DNA from: an uncultured Clostridium sp.
GTDB lineage: Bacteria > Bacillota > Clostridia > TANB77 > CAG-508
DNA: 56,967 nt
Reading direction: 5' to 3'
Assembly: GCA_946545015.1 (NCBI GenBank)
Contig: CAMNMV010000003.1
Location: forward strand, 1-56,967
Notes under the pieces: generated by a model
The model's database searches: none
Told to the model about the DNA's origin: nothing
What the model saw: only the letters and a program-made list of their open reading frames with translations
Part shown: positions 9,239 to 19,965 of the stretch, in pieces
How the letters are laid out: each line of letters begins with the position of its first letter
Numbering within the stretch: position 1 is the stretch's first letter
Made by a program: the position numbers and the translations under genes

Positions 9239-10126
9239 TTATATAAATTTGTATTTCTTATTTTGATTATTTACAACAGTTAAAGCTACTTTTTCATATT
9301 TAGGTCTTAATAATTTAAAGAATATTTTAGCTAAAATATTAATTTCAGAATATTTCTTTTCTCTATCTAATACTGAAATCATATCCATATCAAACTTTGA
9401 TAATTCAAAATCAAATATATTTAGATTTTCTTTTATATGGTCAACGTTTTTTGAGCCCGGTATTACAACATATCCCATTTGTATATGCCATCTTAATATT
9501 ACTTGAACTGGAGTTTTACCATATTTTTCCCCAATTTCTTTAAATATTGAGTTGTAGATTAACCTTTTGTCCCCGTGCCCTAATGGATACCAAGCCATAA
9601 CTTGAATATTATTTTCTTCTAATATATCGTTTATATCTTTTCCTGTATAATATGGATGTCTTTCTACTTGTATAACTTGTGGCTTTATTTCTGCATTATC
9701 TAATATTTTCTTTAGTGCTTTTCCATAAAAATTAGATATTCCTATTGTTCTAATTTTCCCTTCTTTATATGCCTTTTCCAATTTTTTATATCCAGCTAAA
9801 TAATCACCAACTGGTTGATGAATAAACAATAAATCTATATAGTCTACTCCAAGTCTTTCTAATGTTTCATCAATTGCATTTTCATTTTTATATTCATTTA
9901 CCCATAATTTTGTTGAAATGAAAATATCTTCTCTTTTTACACCAGATTCTTTTATTCCTCTTCCTACTGCTCTTTCATTTCCATATGCATTAGCTGTATC
10001 AATTAATCTATAACCATTTCTTATTGCTTCTCTAACTCCATTTCTTGCATCTTCTGGCTTTATTTTATATGTTCCTAATCCAAATACTGGCATATCAACA
10101 CCATTATTTAATTTCACAGTTTTCAT
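9239..10126 (-). CDS. Aldo/keto reductase (2,5-DKG reductase-like)
   Basis: GLGTY, IDTANAYGNE, STKLW, IGISNF, VIPGS. Confidence 0.92.
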   Translation of the reverse strand: MKTVKLNNGVDMPVFGLGTYKIKPEDARNGVREAIRNGYRLIDTANAYGNERAVGRGIKESGVKREDIFISTKLWVNEYKNENAIDETLERLGVDYIDLLFIHQPVGDYLAGYKKLEKAYKEGKIRTIGISNFYGKALKKILDNAEIKPQVIQVERHPYYTGKDINDILEENNIQVMAWYPLGHGDKRLIYNSIFKEIGEKYGKTPVQVILRWHIQMGYVVIPGSKNVDHIKENLNIFDFELSKFDMDMISVLDREKKYSEINILAKIFFKLLRPKYEKVALTVVNNQNKKYKFI

Positions 10127-10268
10127 TCAATTTTGACCTCTTTTCTTTAGCAGTTATCCACAATATATCGACAATTGTGGCATTATATGTACTTATTATA
10201 ACAAAGCTATATATTCAAAGTCAATTACAATAATATTACATGTTTTTATCAATTTAAAAACAAACTAG

Positions 10269-10341
10269 AAAACCTAGACAAAGGGACAGAGAATTTGTCT
10301 AGGTTGAGTAGACAATTACTCCGTCCCGTTGTCTAGGTTTT
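10269..10341. repeat. REP-like palindrome family B copy 1
   Basis: AAAACCTAGACAA-A-GGGACAGAG-AAT-TTGTCTA-GGTTGAG-TAGACAA-TTA-CTCCGTCCC-G-TTGTCTAGGTTTT. Confidence 0.85.
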
Positions 10342-10939
10342 AAACGTTATCAAATATAAAGTTTATAACATCACTTTCATCTTCTTGAAAACTCTTTTTG
10401 TCTTCTTCTGTTATATCTGTAAAATATTTATTAAACTTTTTATTTATAGATATTGTATTTAGTGGATATCCAGGATCTATTTTATTAGTTGGTTTGTCTA
10501 CTAAATAAAAATCATCTTTACTCCATGTATATGTATTTTCTTTTCCATTAAATACTATTGCCATTCCATATACCCATCTACAAGTTATTTTTCCATCTTT
10601 TCCATATTCTTTTGCTAAATTAGAATAATATTCTATCATTTCTTCATCTGATAATCTTTTTCCATTAACTCTTCTTACATACATTCCTGGTTGTTTATCT
10701 TGGGGTACATCTTCTAAATATAAATTATCATCCATAGCCATAACAGGAATATCAACTAATTTTGAATAAGCTCTAGCTTTTATCAATGCATTTTCTATTG
10801 CACTTTTTCCATTTTCTTCTACTTCTACATCAAAGCTTAAGTCTTTTAAAGTCTTTAGTTTAATTCCATTATCCAATAATCCTTTTTCAAATCTTTTTAC
10901 CTTACTAGGATTTCCTGTAGCAAATAATATTTCTTTCAT
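10340..10939 (-). CDS. Second Ham1/ITPase-like pyrophosphatase
   Basis: ILFATGNPSK, VEENGKSAIENALIKA, AMDDNLY, PGMYVRR. Confidence 0.8.
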   Translation of the reverse strand: MKEILFATGNPSKVKRFEKGLLDNGIKLKTLKDLSFDVEVEENGKSAIENALIKARAYSKLVDIPVMAMDDNLYLEDVPQDKQPGMYVRRVNGKRLSDEEMIEYYSNLAKEYGKDGKITCRWVYGMAIVFNGKENTYTWSKDDFYLVDKPTNKIDPGYPLNTISINKKFNKYFTDITEEDKKSFQEDESDVINFIFDNV

Positions 10940-10996
10940 ATTCTTATCCTTCTCTTCTATTACAATATTAATTTTTTACATTGATAATTTTAACAC

Positions 10997-11026
10997 AAAA
11001 GCAAGTGATTTACAATCACTTGCTTT
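10997..11026. repeat. Palindrome family A copy 3, overlapping a promoter
   Basis: aaaagcaagtgatttacaatcacttgcttt; minus strand reads TTGTAA-17-TAAAAT with an extended TG. Confidence 0.8.
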
Positions 11027-11087
11027 GTATTTGGAATATATTTGAAAATATTTGAAAATATTTTAATCATTTAATATTTTATTTTTA

Positions 11088-11864
11088 TTATCCTAATGCT
11101 ACATCTAAAATCATCATAATTATAAATCCAATTGCAACACCTATTGTTCCAATATTAGAATGTTCTCCTGATTGAGATTCTGGTATTAGTTCTTCTACTA
11201 CAACATATATCATTGCACCTGCAGCAAATGATAATAAATAAGGAAGAATCGGAACAACTAACCCTGTTAACCAAATTGTTATTATTGCTCCTATTGGCTC
11301 AACTATTCCAGATAGAGTTCCATACCAAAATGCTTTAAATTTTGATACCCCTTCACTTTTTAGTGGCATAGATATAATTGCTCCTTCCGGAAAATTCTGA
11401 ATAGCAATACCTATTGCTAACGCCATAGCTCCTGCTATTGTTATTCCTGTATTTCCAGCTATTGCTCCAGCAAATGCAACTCCAACTGCCATTCCTTCAG
11501 GAATATTATGTAGTGTTACAGCTAAAACCATCATTGTTGTCTTTTTTAATTTTGCTTTTACTCCTTCTGGCTTACTACTATTTAAATGTAAATGTGGAAT
11601 TAAACTATCCAAAACTAACAAAAATACTATTCCTAATAAAAATCCAATTGTAGCTGGTAACCAAGCAATTTGTCCTTGTTCTTGAGCCATATCTATAGAT
11701 GGTATAATCAAAGACCAAATAGATGCCGCAATCATAACCCCTGATGCAAAACCTAATAATAGTTTTTCTACTTTATTATTTATTTTATTTTTCATTAAAA
11801 ATACCATGGCTGCTCCAAGAGTAGTTCCTAAAAATGGTATCATCAAGCCCAAAAATAATTCCAT
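11088..11864 (-). CDS. ZIP-family divalent metal transporter (ZupT/GufA-like)
   Basis: TLHNIPEGMAVG, IQNFPEG, AAGAMIYVVVEELIPE. Confidence 0.92.
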   Translation of the reverse strand: MELFLGLMIPFLGTTLGAAMVFLMKNKINNKVEKLLLGFASGVMIAASIWSLIIPSIDMAQEQGQIAWLPATIGFLLGIVFLLVLDSLIPHLHLNSSKPEGVKAKLKKTTMMVLAVTLHNIPEGMAVGVAFAGAIAGNTGITIAGAMALAIGIAIQNFPEGAIISMPLKSEGVSKFKAFWYGTLSGIVEPIGAIITIWLTGLVVPILPYLLSFAAGAMIYVVVEELIPESQSGEHSNIGTIGVAIGFIIMMILDVALG

Positions 11865-11893
11865 ATTATCACCTACTTTTATTTTTTTCTTAA

Positions 11894-12589
11894 TTATTTT
11901 TCTTTTACATAATAATGTCTTATTGGTTTTAAATTTTCATCTAATTCATAACAAATTGGATTTCCTGTTTGAATTTCACATTTGATTATTTCTTCATCTG
12001 TTAAATTATCCAAATATTTAATAAGACCTCTTAAACTATTTCCATGTGCCGCTATTATAACTCTTTTTCCTTCTTGTAAGTCTTTTTTTATATTAGAATT
12101 CCAATAAGCCATAACTCTTTCAATTGTATCTATTAAATTTTCTGTTTTTGGTAGTTGATCTTGTGTTAAATCTTTATACTTTTCATCATTTCCGGGATAC
12201 CTTGGATCATCTATTGATAATTCAGGTGGTTTTACATCTACACTTCTTCTCCATAATAAAACTTGATCAGCTCCATATTTTTCTCTTGTTTCGTCTTTAT
12301 TTAATCCTTGTAAAGCTCCATAATGTCTTTCATTTAATCTCCAGCTTTTCTTAACCGGTATATTACTTTCTCCTAATTCTTCCAAAATATAATTTAGTGT
12401 ATCATTTGCTCTTTTTAATACTGATGTATATGCAACATCAAATTCGAAGCCTTTAGCTTTTAATGCTTTTCCAGCTTCTTTAGCCTCTCTTACACCTTGT
12501 TCAGATAATTCAACATCTGTCCAACCTGTAAATTTATTTTCTAAATTCCATTCACTTTGCCCATGTCTAACTAATACTAATTTTATCAT
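11894..12589 (-). CDS. gpmA: 2,3-bisphosphoglycerate-dependent phosphoglycerate mutase
   Basis: [38 protein letters not shown]. Confidence 0.96.
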   Translation of the reverse strand: MIKLVLVRHGQSEWNLENKFTGWTDVELSEQGVREAKEAGKALKAKGFEFDVAYTSVLKRANDTLNYILEELGESNIPVKKSWRLNERHYGALQGLNKDETREKYGADQVLLWRRSVDVKPPELSIDDPRYPGNDEKYKDLTQDQLPKTENLIDTIERVMAYWNSNIKKDLQEGKRVIIAAHGNSLRGLIKYLDNLTDEEIIKCEIQTGNPICYELDENLKPIRHYYVKEK

Positions 12590-12619
12590 TTTATTCTCTC
12601 CTTTTAAAGTATTTTTTTA

Positions 12620-15196
12620 TTATTCATTTCCTTTTAAACTTGATACCATATCTAACTTTTTAACTTTTCTTCCTAAGAATTGATTTATTACATATGAAAC
12701 TACAAATGTTCCAGCTGCTGATATTATAAATGTCATAGGTTTTATCATTGCTGAAAAATCATAAGTATCTCCTATCGCGTTTTTAAATATAAAATCAGTC
12801 ATAAAGTTACCTAATGGTAATGCTAATAAAATTGCTACAACAGAAATCCATATATTTTGTTTTATAAATATATTTTTTATTAATTTATTTTTAAATCCTA
12901 ATACTTTTAATGTAGCAAATTGGTATTCTTTTTCTGAGAATGATAATATTCCTAAATTATATATAATTACAAATGCTAAAATTACAGAAACAACTATTAG
13001 TAATCCAATTAGAGAATACATCATTCCAAGCATACTATTCATACCATCTTCTAGATTCTTAATAGATTGAATTGTATTTACTCCTGGAATATCTTTAATA
13101 TCACTTAAATTGATATTTGTATAAATACTATCAGCTTTATATTCTTCATTTAAAGTATCATAAAATTCTTTAGTGCAATTAAATTGTTGTGATTGTGGAT
13201 CTCTATTAAATCCTACAATTTCTGTTTCATACCAATTATCTGATCCAATAATATGCCAAGTAATTTTATCTCCTACTTTTATTCCATAATTATTAGCTAA
13301 TTTTTCAGTAATGTATAATCCAGTATTTTTCATTTCAAATGGTTTTCTATCATGATCTGTAGTTTGTAATAAGCCTTTTGCATCATTTACAGTTAAAGCC
13401 TTTACAACTATTTCATCATTATTTTTAAATTCTACTCCTAAAGTTTGTGATGATTTATTTCCATATTTATTAATAATATCATCATATTGAACTGGTGTAT
13501 AATCAGTTGCCAAACTTAATTTGTATTCAAAATTATTTATTGTTCCAAATTCCCAATCCACATAAGATTTCATAGAATCTAACATTCCTAAAGCAGTTAC
13601 TACAAGCATTGTACAACCTGAAATTCCTACCAATGCCATTAAAGTTCTTGCTTTTGAACGGAGAATATCACGTATATTCCATTTTACACCAAATGATAAC
13701 TTATTAAATATCTTTTTAGTAGTAAAACTGTTTTCTCTAACTTTAACTTTTGGTCTTTCTATCCTTAACGCTGTAGCTGCTGGTTCTTTTAACACTTTTC
13801 TACATGATAAGTATGTTACACCTGTTATAACTACAACTATTCCTATTGCCATATAATATACAATTGGTAATAATTCTGTTTGATAATATGGAATTTCATA
13901 ATAAGATAATTCCATTTTTAAGAATGATTCGCCTATTGATATAGTACCTAGAACTATTCCTAATATACTTGCTATAACTGAAATAACTAATCCATAATTT
14001 ACATACATTCTTGTAATTTTTCTTTTTCTTATTCCTAATGCTTTTAATGTTCCTATTTGTATTCTTTCTTTTTTTACAAATCTGTTCATTGTTGTAACAA
14101 CTGATAAAATAGCAATAAATACAAATAATCCAGAAAATACCCCAGAATATGTTTCTCCTTCTTCAGTTTCACTCTGATATGCTGCCCACGATGTATTTTC
14201 TTCTCTAGTTGTTATTGTTATTACATTTTCTAAATTATTTTTAATGTTTGTTTTTGTATCATTTAATTTTGCCACATCATCAACATCTACAATTATAAAA
14301 GGAAACATATAAGAATCTTCAACTGTAAAATCTTGTTTTAATGCTTTTATAAATTCTTGTTTATTATTTAAATTATCAGAATATGTATCAACTAATTCTA
14401 AAGCTTTAGCTAAATTAATGCTTTGTATTCCTTCAACTGAATTTGTAATTGCTGCTGGTAACAATTCATAATTAGTTATTCCTAAATTATTTAATTTTTC
14501 TTTTAAATCTTTTAGATTTTTAATTCCATCTTTTACTTCATCTGTATCTAATATCTTATTATATATATAATCTACAGGAAATTCATTAATTGATAAATAT
14601 GCAAAGCCATAATCTGTATGTGTTGGAAATATTGCTGTTTCATCTTTTATTGAATATACATGATCTGGAACTTCTACTAATCCTACAACATTTTCTTTAA
14701 ATGTTGTACCTTCCATTGAAAGTTCTATTTCATCTCCTACTTTTATTCCTAATTTATCTGCTAAGTAATAATCAAGCCACAAACCAGATTGTTCTTTACT
14801 AAATTTATTTCCATCAACTATATACATTTGATTAATTTCATTTGATTCAATAAAATTACATTCAATTGTTAAGTCTGATAATTTCTTTCCATCATCAGGA
14901 TTAGTATATTTATCTGGTGCAACAACACTTGTTTTTATAGTTAATAGTCTTTCAGCATTTTTTACATTATCTAATTGCTTAACTTTATTTAAATCATCCT
15001 TTGAAAAATTTTCAGATGTCAACCATAAGTCTTCTAAATTTTGATCAGCATAATAAATTTCTGCACTTTTTCTCATTCCATCCATATAGCTATGCACACC
15101 TGCAAATGCAAAAACTGCCAAAAATACCATGATAAAAATCGTAATAAATTGTGATTTATTTTTCCAAATATCACGTAAAATTTTCTTATTTAACAT
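12620..15196 (-). CDS. FtsX/MacB-like ABC transporter permease
   Basis: Duplicated permease halves ([23 protein letters not shown]); TAATG overlap with the ATPase. Confidence 0.88.
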   Translation of the reverse strand: MLNKKILRDIWKNKSQFITIFIMVFLAVFAFAGVHSYMDGMRKSAEIYYADQNLEDLWLTSENFSKDDLNKVKQLDNVKNAERLLTIKTSVVAPDKYTNPDDGKKLSDLTIECNFIESNEINQMYIVDGNKFSKEQSGLWLDYYLADKLGIKVGDEIELSMEGTTFKENVVGLVEVPDHVYSIKDETAIFPTHTDYGFAYLSINEFPVDYIYNKILDTDEVKDGIKNLKDLKEKLNNLGITNYELLPAAITNSVEGIQSINLAKALELVDTYSDNLNNKQEFIKALKQDFTVEDSYMFPFIIVDVDDVAKLNDTKTNIKNNLENVITITTREENTSWAAYQSETEEGETYSGVFSGLFVFIAILSVVTTMNRFVKKERIQIGTLKALGIRKRKITRMYVNYGLVISVIASILGIVLGTISIGESFLKMELSYYEIPYYQTELLPIVYYMAIGIVVVITGVTYLSCRKVLKEPAATALRIERPKVKVRENSFTTKKIFNKLSFGVKWNIRDILRSKARTLMALVGISGCTMLVVTALGMLDSMKSYVDWEFGTINNFEYKLSLATDYTPVQYDDIINKYGNKSSQTLGVEFKNNDEIVVKALTVNDAKGLLQTTDHDRKPFEMKNTGLYITEKLANNYGIKVGDKITWHIIGSDNWYETEIVGFNRDPQSQQFNCTKEFYDTLNEEYKADSIYTNINLSDIKDIPGVNTIQSIKNLEDGMNSMLGMMYSLIGLLIVVSVILAFVIIYNLGILSFSEKEYQFATLKVLGFKNKLIKNIFIKQNIWISVVAILLALPLGNFMTDFIFKNAIGDTYDFSAMIKPMTFIISAAGTFVVSYVINQFLGRKVKKLDMVSSLKGNE

Positions 15197-15906
15197 TACC
15201 ACTTCACCTCATCAATTCTTTTTGGATTTGGATTGTTAATAACGCTTTCAATTTTACCATTTTTCACATTTACTACAGTATCTGCAATATCAGCTATTAA
15301 AACATTATGTGTAACAATTATTACAGTATTTGCACCTTCATTTCCATCACATTGTTTTCTTAATAATTTTAAAACCTCTACTCCTGTTTTTGAATCAAGT
15401 GCCCCTGTAGGTTCATCACAAAGTAATAATTTAGGATTTTTTGCAACTGCTCTTGCAATTGATACTCTTTGTTGTTCACCTCCAGATAATTGATTAGGAA
15501 ATTTTTTACTATGTTTTAAAAGACCAACACCTTTTAGTGCTTCTTCTGTACTTATAGGATTTTTAACTATATCTTTTACTATATCAACATTTTCTTTTAC
15601 TGTTAAACTAGGTAAAATATTGTAAAATTGGAATATAAATCCTACATTTTCTGCTCTATAGTCAGAAAGTTTATTTTCGTTATATGATGAAATATTTTCT
15701 CCATCTATAATAACTTTTCCTTTTGTTGGAGTATCCATTCCTCCTATTAAATTTAATAAAGTTGATTTTCCTGCTCCTGATGGACCAAGTATAACAATCA
15801 TCTCTCCTTTATTTAATGACAAGTCTATATTATCTAATGCTTTAAATTCATTATCTCCTATTTTATAGACTTTACTAACATTTTTTAATTCTACTATTTT
15901 TTCCAT
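15196..15906 (-). CDS. ABC transporter ATP-binding protein (LolD/MacB-like)
   Basis: [25 protein letters not shown]; start at ATG 15906 after GGAGG. Confidence 0.93.
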   Translation of the reverse strand: MEKIVELKNVSKVYKIGDNEFKALDNIDLSLNKGEMIVILGPSGAGKSTLLNLIGGMDTPTKGKVIIDGENISSYNENKLSDYRAENVGFIFQFYNILPSLTVKENVDIVKDIVKNPISTEEALKGVGLLKHSKKFPNQLSGGEQQRVSIARAVAKNPKLLLCDEPTGALDSKTGVEVLKLLRKQCDGNEGANTVIIVTHNVLIADIADTVVNVKNGKIESVINNPNPKRIDEVKW

Positions 15907-15922
15907 AAGTCCTCCTCTTCTC

Positions 15923-16036
15923 AAATGTGAAATTAATTTCACATTTAGTATATTATATACACCTTATTTTATATTGTCAATAGAAATATGAAATTTTTTT
16001 CACATTTCTTGACTTTTTCTTTTTTTATGTTATAAT
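15923..16036. promoter_or_regulatory. Divergent promoters with two TetR operator palindromes
   Basis: AAATGTGAAATTAATTTCACATTT (15923-15946, perfect) and AAATATGAAATTTTTTTCACATTT (15984-16007); minus TTGACA-17-TATAAT (15980-15952), plus TTGACT-16-TATAAT (16009-16036). Confidence 0.8.
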
Positions 16037-16068
16037 TATTTAAAAATCATTTTTTGGAGGTAGCTTCT

Positions 16069-16674
16069 ATGCTTGAAAAAGATATAAGAGAACCTATTCA
16101 AAAACGTTCTATTGAAACAAAAGAAAAAATAATTCAAGCAGGATTTGAATTGATTTCTACTGATGGATATCACAATACAAACACATTAAAAATTGCTAAA
16201 AAAGCTGGTGTATCTACTGGAATTGTATATCAATATTTTAAGGATAAACATGATATTTTTGTTGCTGGATTAGAAAAATATGCTGATAATATCTTTTACC
16301 CTATGCTTGATACTTCAAATATGAAATTTGATGAAAAAAACTTTTCTAAAACAATTGAAAATATGATTAAAACATATATTAAAAATCATAAATTATCTTT
16401 AACAGCTCATGAAGAAATTACTGCAATGACCCATTCTGATAAAGATGTAGCATATTATTTCTATAAACGCGAAATGGATATGACATATAAACTTTCAGAA
16501 GTTCTTATCGCTAATGGGATTGATATCGAAAATATTAATGAAAAAGTTCATGTTATTATTGCTCTAATAGATAATTTATGTCATGAAATTGTTTATCACA
16601 AACATAAAGAACTTGATTATGATAGTATGACAAAAATTGTTGTAAATACTATTGTAAACATTTTAACAAAATAA
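16069..16674 (+). CDS. TetR/AcrR family regulator
   Basis: KIAKKAGVSTGIVYQYFKDKHDI; ATG after GGAGG. Confidence 0.93.
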   Translation: MLEKDIREPIQKRSIETKEKIIQAGFELISTDGYHNTNTLKIAKKAGVSTGIVYQYFKDKHDIFVAGLEKYADNIFYPMLDTSNMKFDEKNFSKTIENMIKTYIKNHKLSLTAHEEITAMTHSDKDVAYYFYKREMDMTYKLSEVLIANGIDIENINEKVHVIIALIDNLCHEIVYHKHKELDYDSMTKIVVNTIVNILTK

Positions 16675-16682
16675 AATTGACG

Positions 16683-16749
16683 AAAATAAAAGTAGTAATT
16701 CAAAATAATCTTATTTTAAAGATTTATAAGTTTTACTACTTTTATTTTT
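16683..16749. terminator. Bidirectional terminator-like hairpin between convergent genes
   Basis: aaaataaaagtagtaa...ttactacttttatttt. Confidence 0.6.
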
Positions 16750-16824
16750 TTTAATTTTATTCTTAATTTTAATTTTTTATTTCATTTTTTATTTTTCATC
16801 TTTACTTTATAATTTAAATTTATA

Positions 16825-17340
16825 TTAATTTGTAACAAAATCTTTTCCTTTTTCTTTTGTATTTAATGTAATTATTTTTATTGCTGGAATATCTCTACCA
16901 TCAACATTTTCCTTTTGTATTGTTCCTACCGCTTCTACCCATGTATCTTTTGGGGGATATTCTTTATCATATCTTACATCAACCCCTGCCAATCCATCAT
17001 TACCACAGCATCCAGGTGTATTTCTTACAACAGCATAATATACATTTCCTTTAGTATCCATATATGAATAAATTAATCCTTCTATTTTTATATTTTTGCC
17101 TATATAACTATCCAAATTTAAATAAACATCATTTGTTTGCTCTATAAAAAAGTTATCAGTTATTTCTATCATTTCATTCTTATTTATTTTAGCATTTTGC
17201 ATTGTATCATTACTAGCTGAAGTTTGTGACTTTTCCATTATTTTTTGAGTTGATACATTATTTATATTAATAATTACAATCCCTATTATTATGATAAAAA
17301 CAATCAATAATATCGTCATAAAAATTTTCTTTTTATTCAT
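16825..17340 (-). CDS. Membrane-anchored TIGR03943/DUF1980-like protein
   Basis: YIGKNIKIEG, VVRNTPGCCGNDG, DTWVEAVG; last gene of the Zn operon. Confidence 0.7.
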   Translation of the reverse strand: MNKKKIFMTILLIVFIIIIGIVIININNVSTQKIMEKSQTSASNDTMQNAKINKNEMIEITDNFFIEQTNDVYLNLDSYIGKNIKIEGLIYSYMDTKGNVYYAVVRNTPGCCGNDGLAGVDVRYDKEYPPKDTWVEAVGTIQKENVDGRDIPAIKIITLNTKEKGKDFVTN

Positions 17341-17351
17341 AAATTTACCAC

Positions 17352-18173
17352 CTATTCATGTATTATCTTTTCTATTATAGTAAATAAAATAAATAATACT
17401 AAATTAACTATTACAATCATTGCTCCTGTACTTATATTATATACGTATGATAAATATATCCCCATTATAAATGATATTACACTAATAATTGCAGAACTTA
17501 TAACTACACTTTTAAATGATTTAAATATACGCATTGCTGTTAATGCTGGAAATATAATGATACTACTAATTAGCATAACTCCCATCATTCTCATTCCTAC
17601 AACAATCACTAATGCTGAAAGAATTGCAATAATATTTGTATATCTTTTAGCTTTCAATCCACTAGCTTTTGCAAAGTCTTCATCAAAAGTTACAACAAAT
17701 AGTTTTCTGTAATATATAATAAATAATATCGCAACTATTATACTAACAGCTACACTTAAATATACATCTGGTATACTCATTGCTAAAATACTTCCAAACA
17801 TGAAATTACATACATCTGTATTCATTCCAGATGTTACCGATGTAACTGCCACTCCTATTGCTAATGCAGAACTTGAAATTAATGCAATCGCACTATCACT
17901 TTTTATTTTGCTATTATTTCCTATCTTTAACAAAATTATTGCTGATATTGTAACACAAGGAATTGCAATATATAAAGGAGAAGTTACACCAAATGCAGCC
18001 GCTACTGTAAGAACTCCAAAACCAACATGTGATAATCCATCACCTATCATGCTATATCTTTTCAAAACTAAACTTACTCCCAAAAGTGCAGCACAGATAC
18101 TAATTAAAATTCCTACTAACACAGCTCTTTGTATAAAAGCATGTGTCATCATCTCAGCTATTGTTTCTATCAT
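17352..18173 (-). CDS. Zn/Mn ABC permease (ZnuB/AdcB-like)
   Basis: SMIGDGLSHVGFG, FMFGSILA, TFDEDFAKASG. Confidence 0.92.
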   Translation of the reverse strand: MIETIAEMMTHAFIQRAVLVGILISICAALLGVSLVLKRYSMIGDGLSHVGFGVLTVAAAFGVTSPLYIAIPCVTISAIILLKIGNNSKIKSDSAIALISSSALAIGVAVTSVTSGMNTDVCNFMFGSILAMSIPDVYLSVAVSIIVAILFIIYYRKLFVVTFDEDFAKASGLKAKRYTNIIAILSALVIVVGMRMMGVMLISSIIIFPALTAMRIFKSFKSVVISSAIISVISFIMGIYLSYVYNISTGAMIVIVNLVLFILFTIIEKIIHE

Positions 18174-18841
18174 TATTTTGCACCTCCTAATTTAAAATCA
18201 GAAGGTACACCACAAAATGTAACTTCTCCATTTTGTATTTCAACTACTTTATCAGCATATTTCAAAGCTCTTTCAACATCATGTGAAACAATTAAAATAG
18301 TCATACTATCTTCTTTTAATTTTTTTAATAATTCATAAATTTGTATGCTTATACTTGGATCTAATCCATTTGTTGGTTCATCTAATACAATAATATCTTT
18401 TCCAGCGCATAATGCTCTAGCAATTAGAACTCTTTGTTGTTGTCCTCCAGATAGATTTGCAAAACATTTCTTTCTTATATCGTAAATTTCCAATTTTTCC
18501 ATGATTTCTCTTGCTTTTTCTTTATCTTCTTTTTTATAAAATATACTTTTTATATTATTTGAAATCGTTCCTGATAATACAACTTCTTCAATAGTAGCAG
18601 GAAAATTGCTTTGTATTTCACTTTTTTGTGGCAAATATCCTATATAGTTAGTTTTAATAATTTCTCCTGTATATCCTTTATTTAGTCCTAATATGCATTT
18701 TAATAAAGTACTTTTACCTGAACCATTTTCTCCAACAATACAGGTAAAACTTCCTTTTTCAACTGCAATATTTATGCCTTTTAATGTATCTTTCTTTGTT
18801 GGATAACTAAACTTTAAGTCTTTAATTTGGATTAAATCCAT
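18173..18841 (-). CDS. Zn/Mn ABC ATPase (ZnuC/AdcC-like)
   Basis: GENGSGKST, IGYLPQ, LSGGQQQR, LDEP. Confidence 0.92.
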   Translation of the reverse strand: MDLIQIKDLKFSYPTKKDTLKGINIAVEKGSFTCIVGENGSGKSTLLKCILGLNKGYTGEIIKTNYIGYLPQKSEIQSNFPATIEEVVLSGTISNNIKSIFYKKEDKEKAREIMEKLEIYDIRKKCFANLSGGQQQRVLIARALCAGKDIIVLDEPTNGLDPSISIQIYELLKKLKEDSMTILIVSHDVERALKYADKVVEIQNGEVTFCGVPSDFKLGGAK

Positions 18842-18891
18842 ATAATTACCTACTTTCTACTTTTTCACTATTTTCTTCATCAATATTTATT

Positions 18892-19896
18892 CTATTGTAA
18901 TGCTTTCTTTAGTACGTCTACATTTCTTTCCATCAAACTTACCCATGTTTCTCCATTATTAAAATCGTCTAAAGTCACATTATGAAGTGTTTGAATTTGC
19001 ATTGCTTTGGCACCTGTTTCATCAGCTATTGTTTTAGCTACTGTTCCAGGATTTAATTCTATATATAATACTACTGGTATTTTTTCTTCTTTTACTTTAT
19101 TTTGTAAATATGCTATTGTTTTAGCTGATGGATCTGTTTCAGAACTACATCCATTAAAAGCAGCACTTACTTTTAAGTCATAATAATCAATAAAATATTG
19201 CATTGGCATTTTGTCAGCAAATATTAATCTATCTCTAACCTTATTATCAACTATATCTTTAATTTTACTATCTACATCATTTATTTTTGCAATATATTTA
19301 TCTGCATTTTCTTTATACTTATTTGAATTTTCACTATCAATTTTTTCCATTGAACTTTCTAATTTTTTTATCATTTTTATTGCATTTTTTGGAGATGTCC
19401 ATATATGTTCATCAAAAGCTCCTTCTTCATGTTCATGCTCATGCTCTGCTCCTTCATCATCATCATGTTCATGTTCTTCTTCCTCTTCTGCTCCATCTAC
19501 TTCTTTTTCTTCTATTGTGTCGACAAAATCTGCTATACATACTATTTCTTTATTATTTGAATCTAATGAAGCTAGCACTTTATCAGACCATTGTTCCATT
19601 TCTCCACCTATATATACAAATAAATCTGCATCTTGAATTTTTATTAAATCCTTAGCTGTTGGATCATAACTATGAGCCTCTTTACCAGGTCCAAGTAAAA
19701 ACGATAATTCAATTTTTTTATTATCTCCTATTATTGCTCTTAAAAAGTCATAACTTGCAAAATTACTAGCTACAACCTTTATCTTCTTATCATCACTTTT
19801 TTCTTCATTTTTCTTTCCACCTAAAACTATAGCAACTCCTATACCTACTACTATAAGAATAGCTATTAATAATAATATTACTTTTTTAAATTTCAT
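18892..19896 (-). CDS. Zn ABC substrate-binding protein (ZnuA/AdcA-like)
   Basis: EAHSYDP, His/Glu-rich loop, DEHIWTSP. Confidence 0.92.
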   Translation of the reverse strand: MKFKKVILLLIAILIVVGIGVAIVLGGKKNEEKSDDKKIKVVASNFASYDFLRAIIGDNKKIELSFLLGPGKEAHSYDPTAKDLIKIQDADLFVYIGGEMEQWSDKVLASLDSNNKEIVCIADFVDTIEEKEVDGAEEEEEHEHDDDEGAEHEHEHEEGAFDEHIWTSPKNAIKMIKKLESSMEKIDSENSNKYKENADKYIAKINDVDSKIKDIVDNKVRDRLIFADKMPMQYFIDYYDLKVSAAFNGCSSETDPSAKTIAYLQNKVKEEKIPVVLYIELNPGTVAKTIADETGAKAMQIQTLHNVTLDDFNNGETWVSLMERNVDVLKKALQ

Positions 19897-19908
19897 TAAA
19901 ATTTCCTC

Positions 19909-19964
19909 CTTATTTTAAACACGACAAATAGAGTAGGCAATTTTACCTACTTGCTTAAAATAAG
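19909..19964 (-). promoter_or_regulatory. Nested mRNA hairpin partly sequestering the znuA Shine-Dalgarno
   Basis: CUUAUUUUAAGCA (19964-19952) pairs with UGUUUAAAAUAAG (19921-19909); inner stem AGUAGGUA/UGCCUACU. Confidence 0.65.
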
Positions 19965-19965
19965 T

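Noticed and set aside
10154-10180. Perfect DnaA box TTATCCACA and a small CCACAAT/ATTGTGG palindrome
   Set aside because: A single box with no cluster or dnaA gene; compatible with chance or a local operator.
11037-11063. Short tandem repeat atatttgaaa
   Set aside because: About two and a half copies in a very AT-rich spacer; likely slippage.
19211-19655. Ser/Cys-rich and His-rich plus-strand ORFs
   Set aside because: Antisense to the His/Glu loop of znuA.
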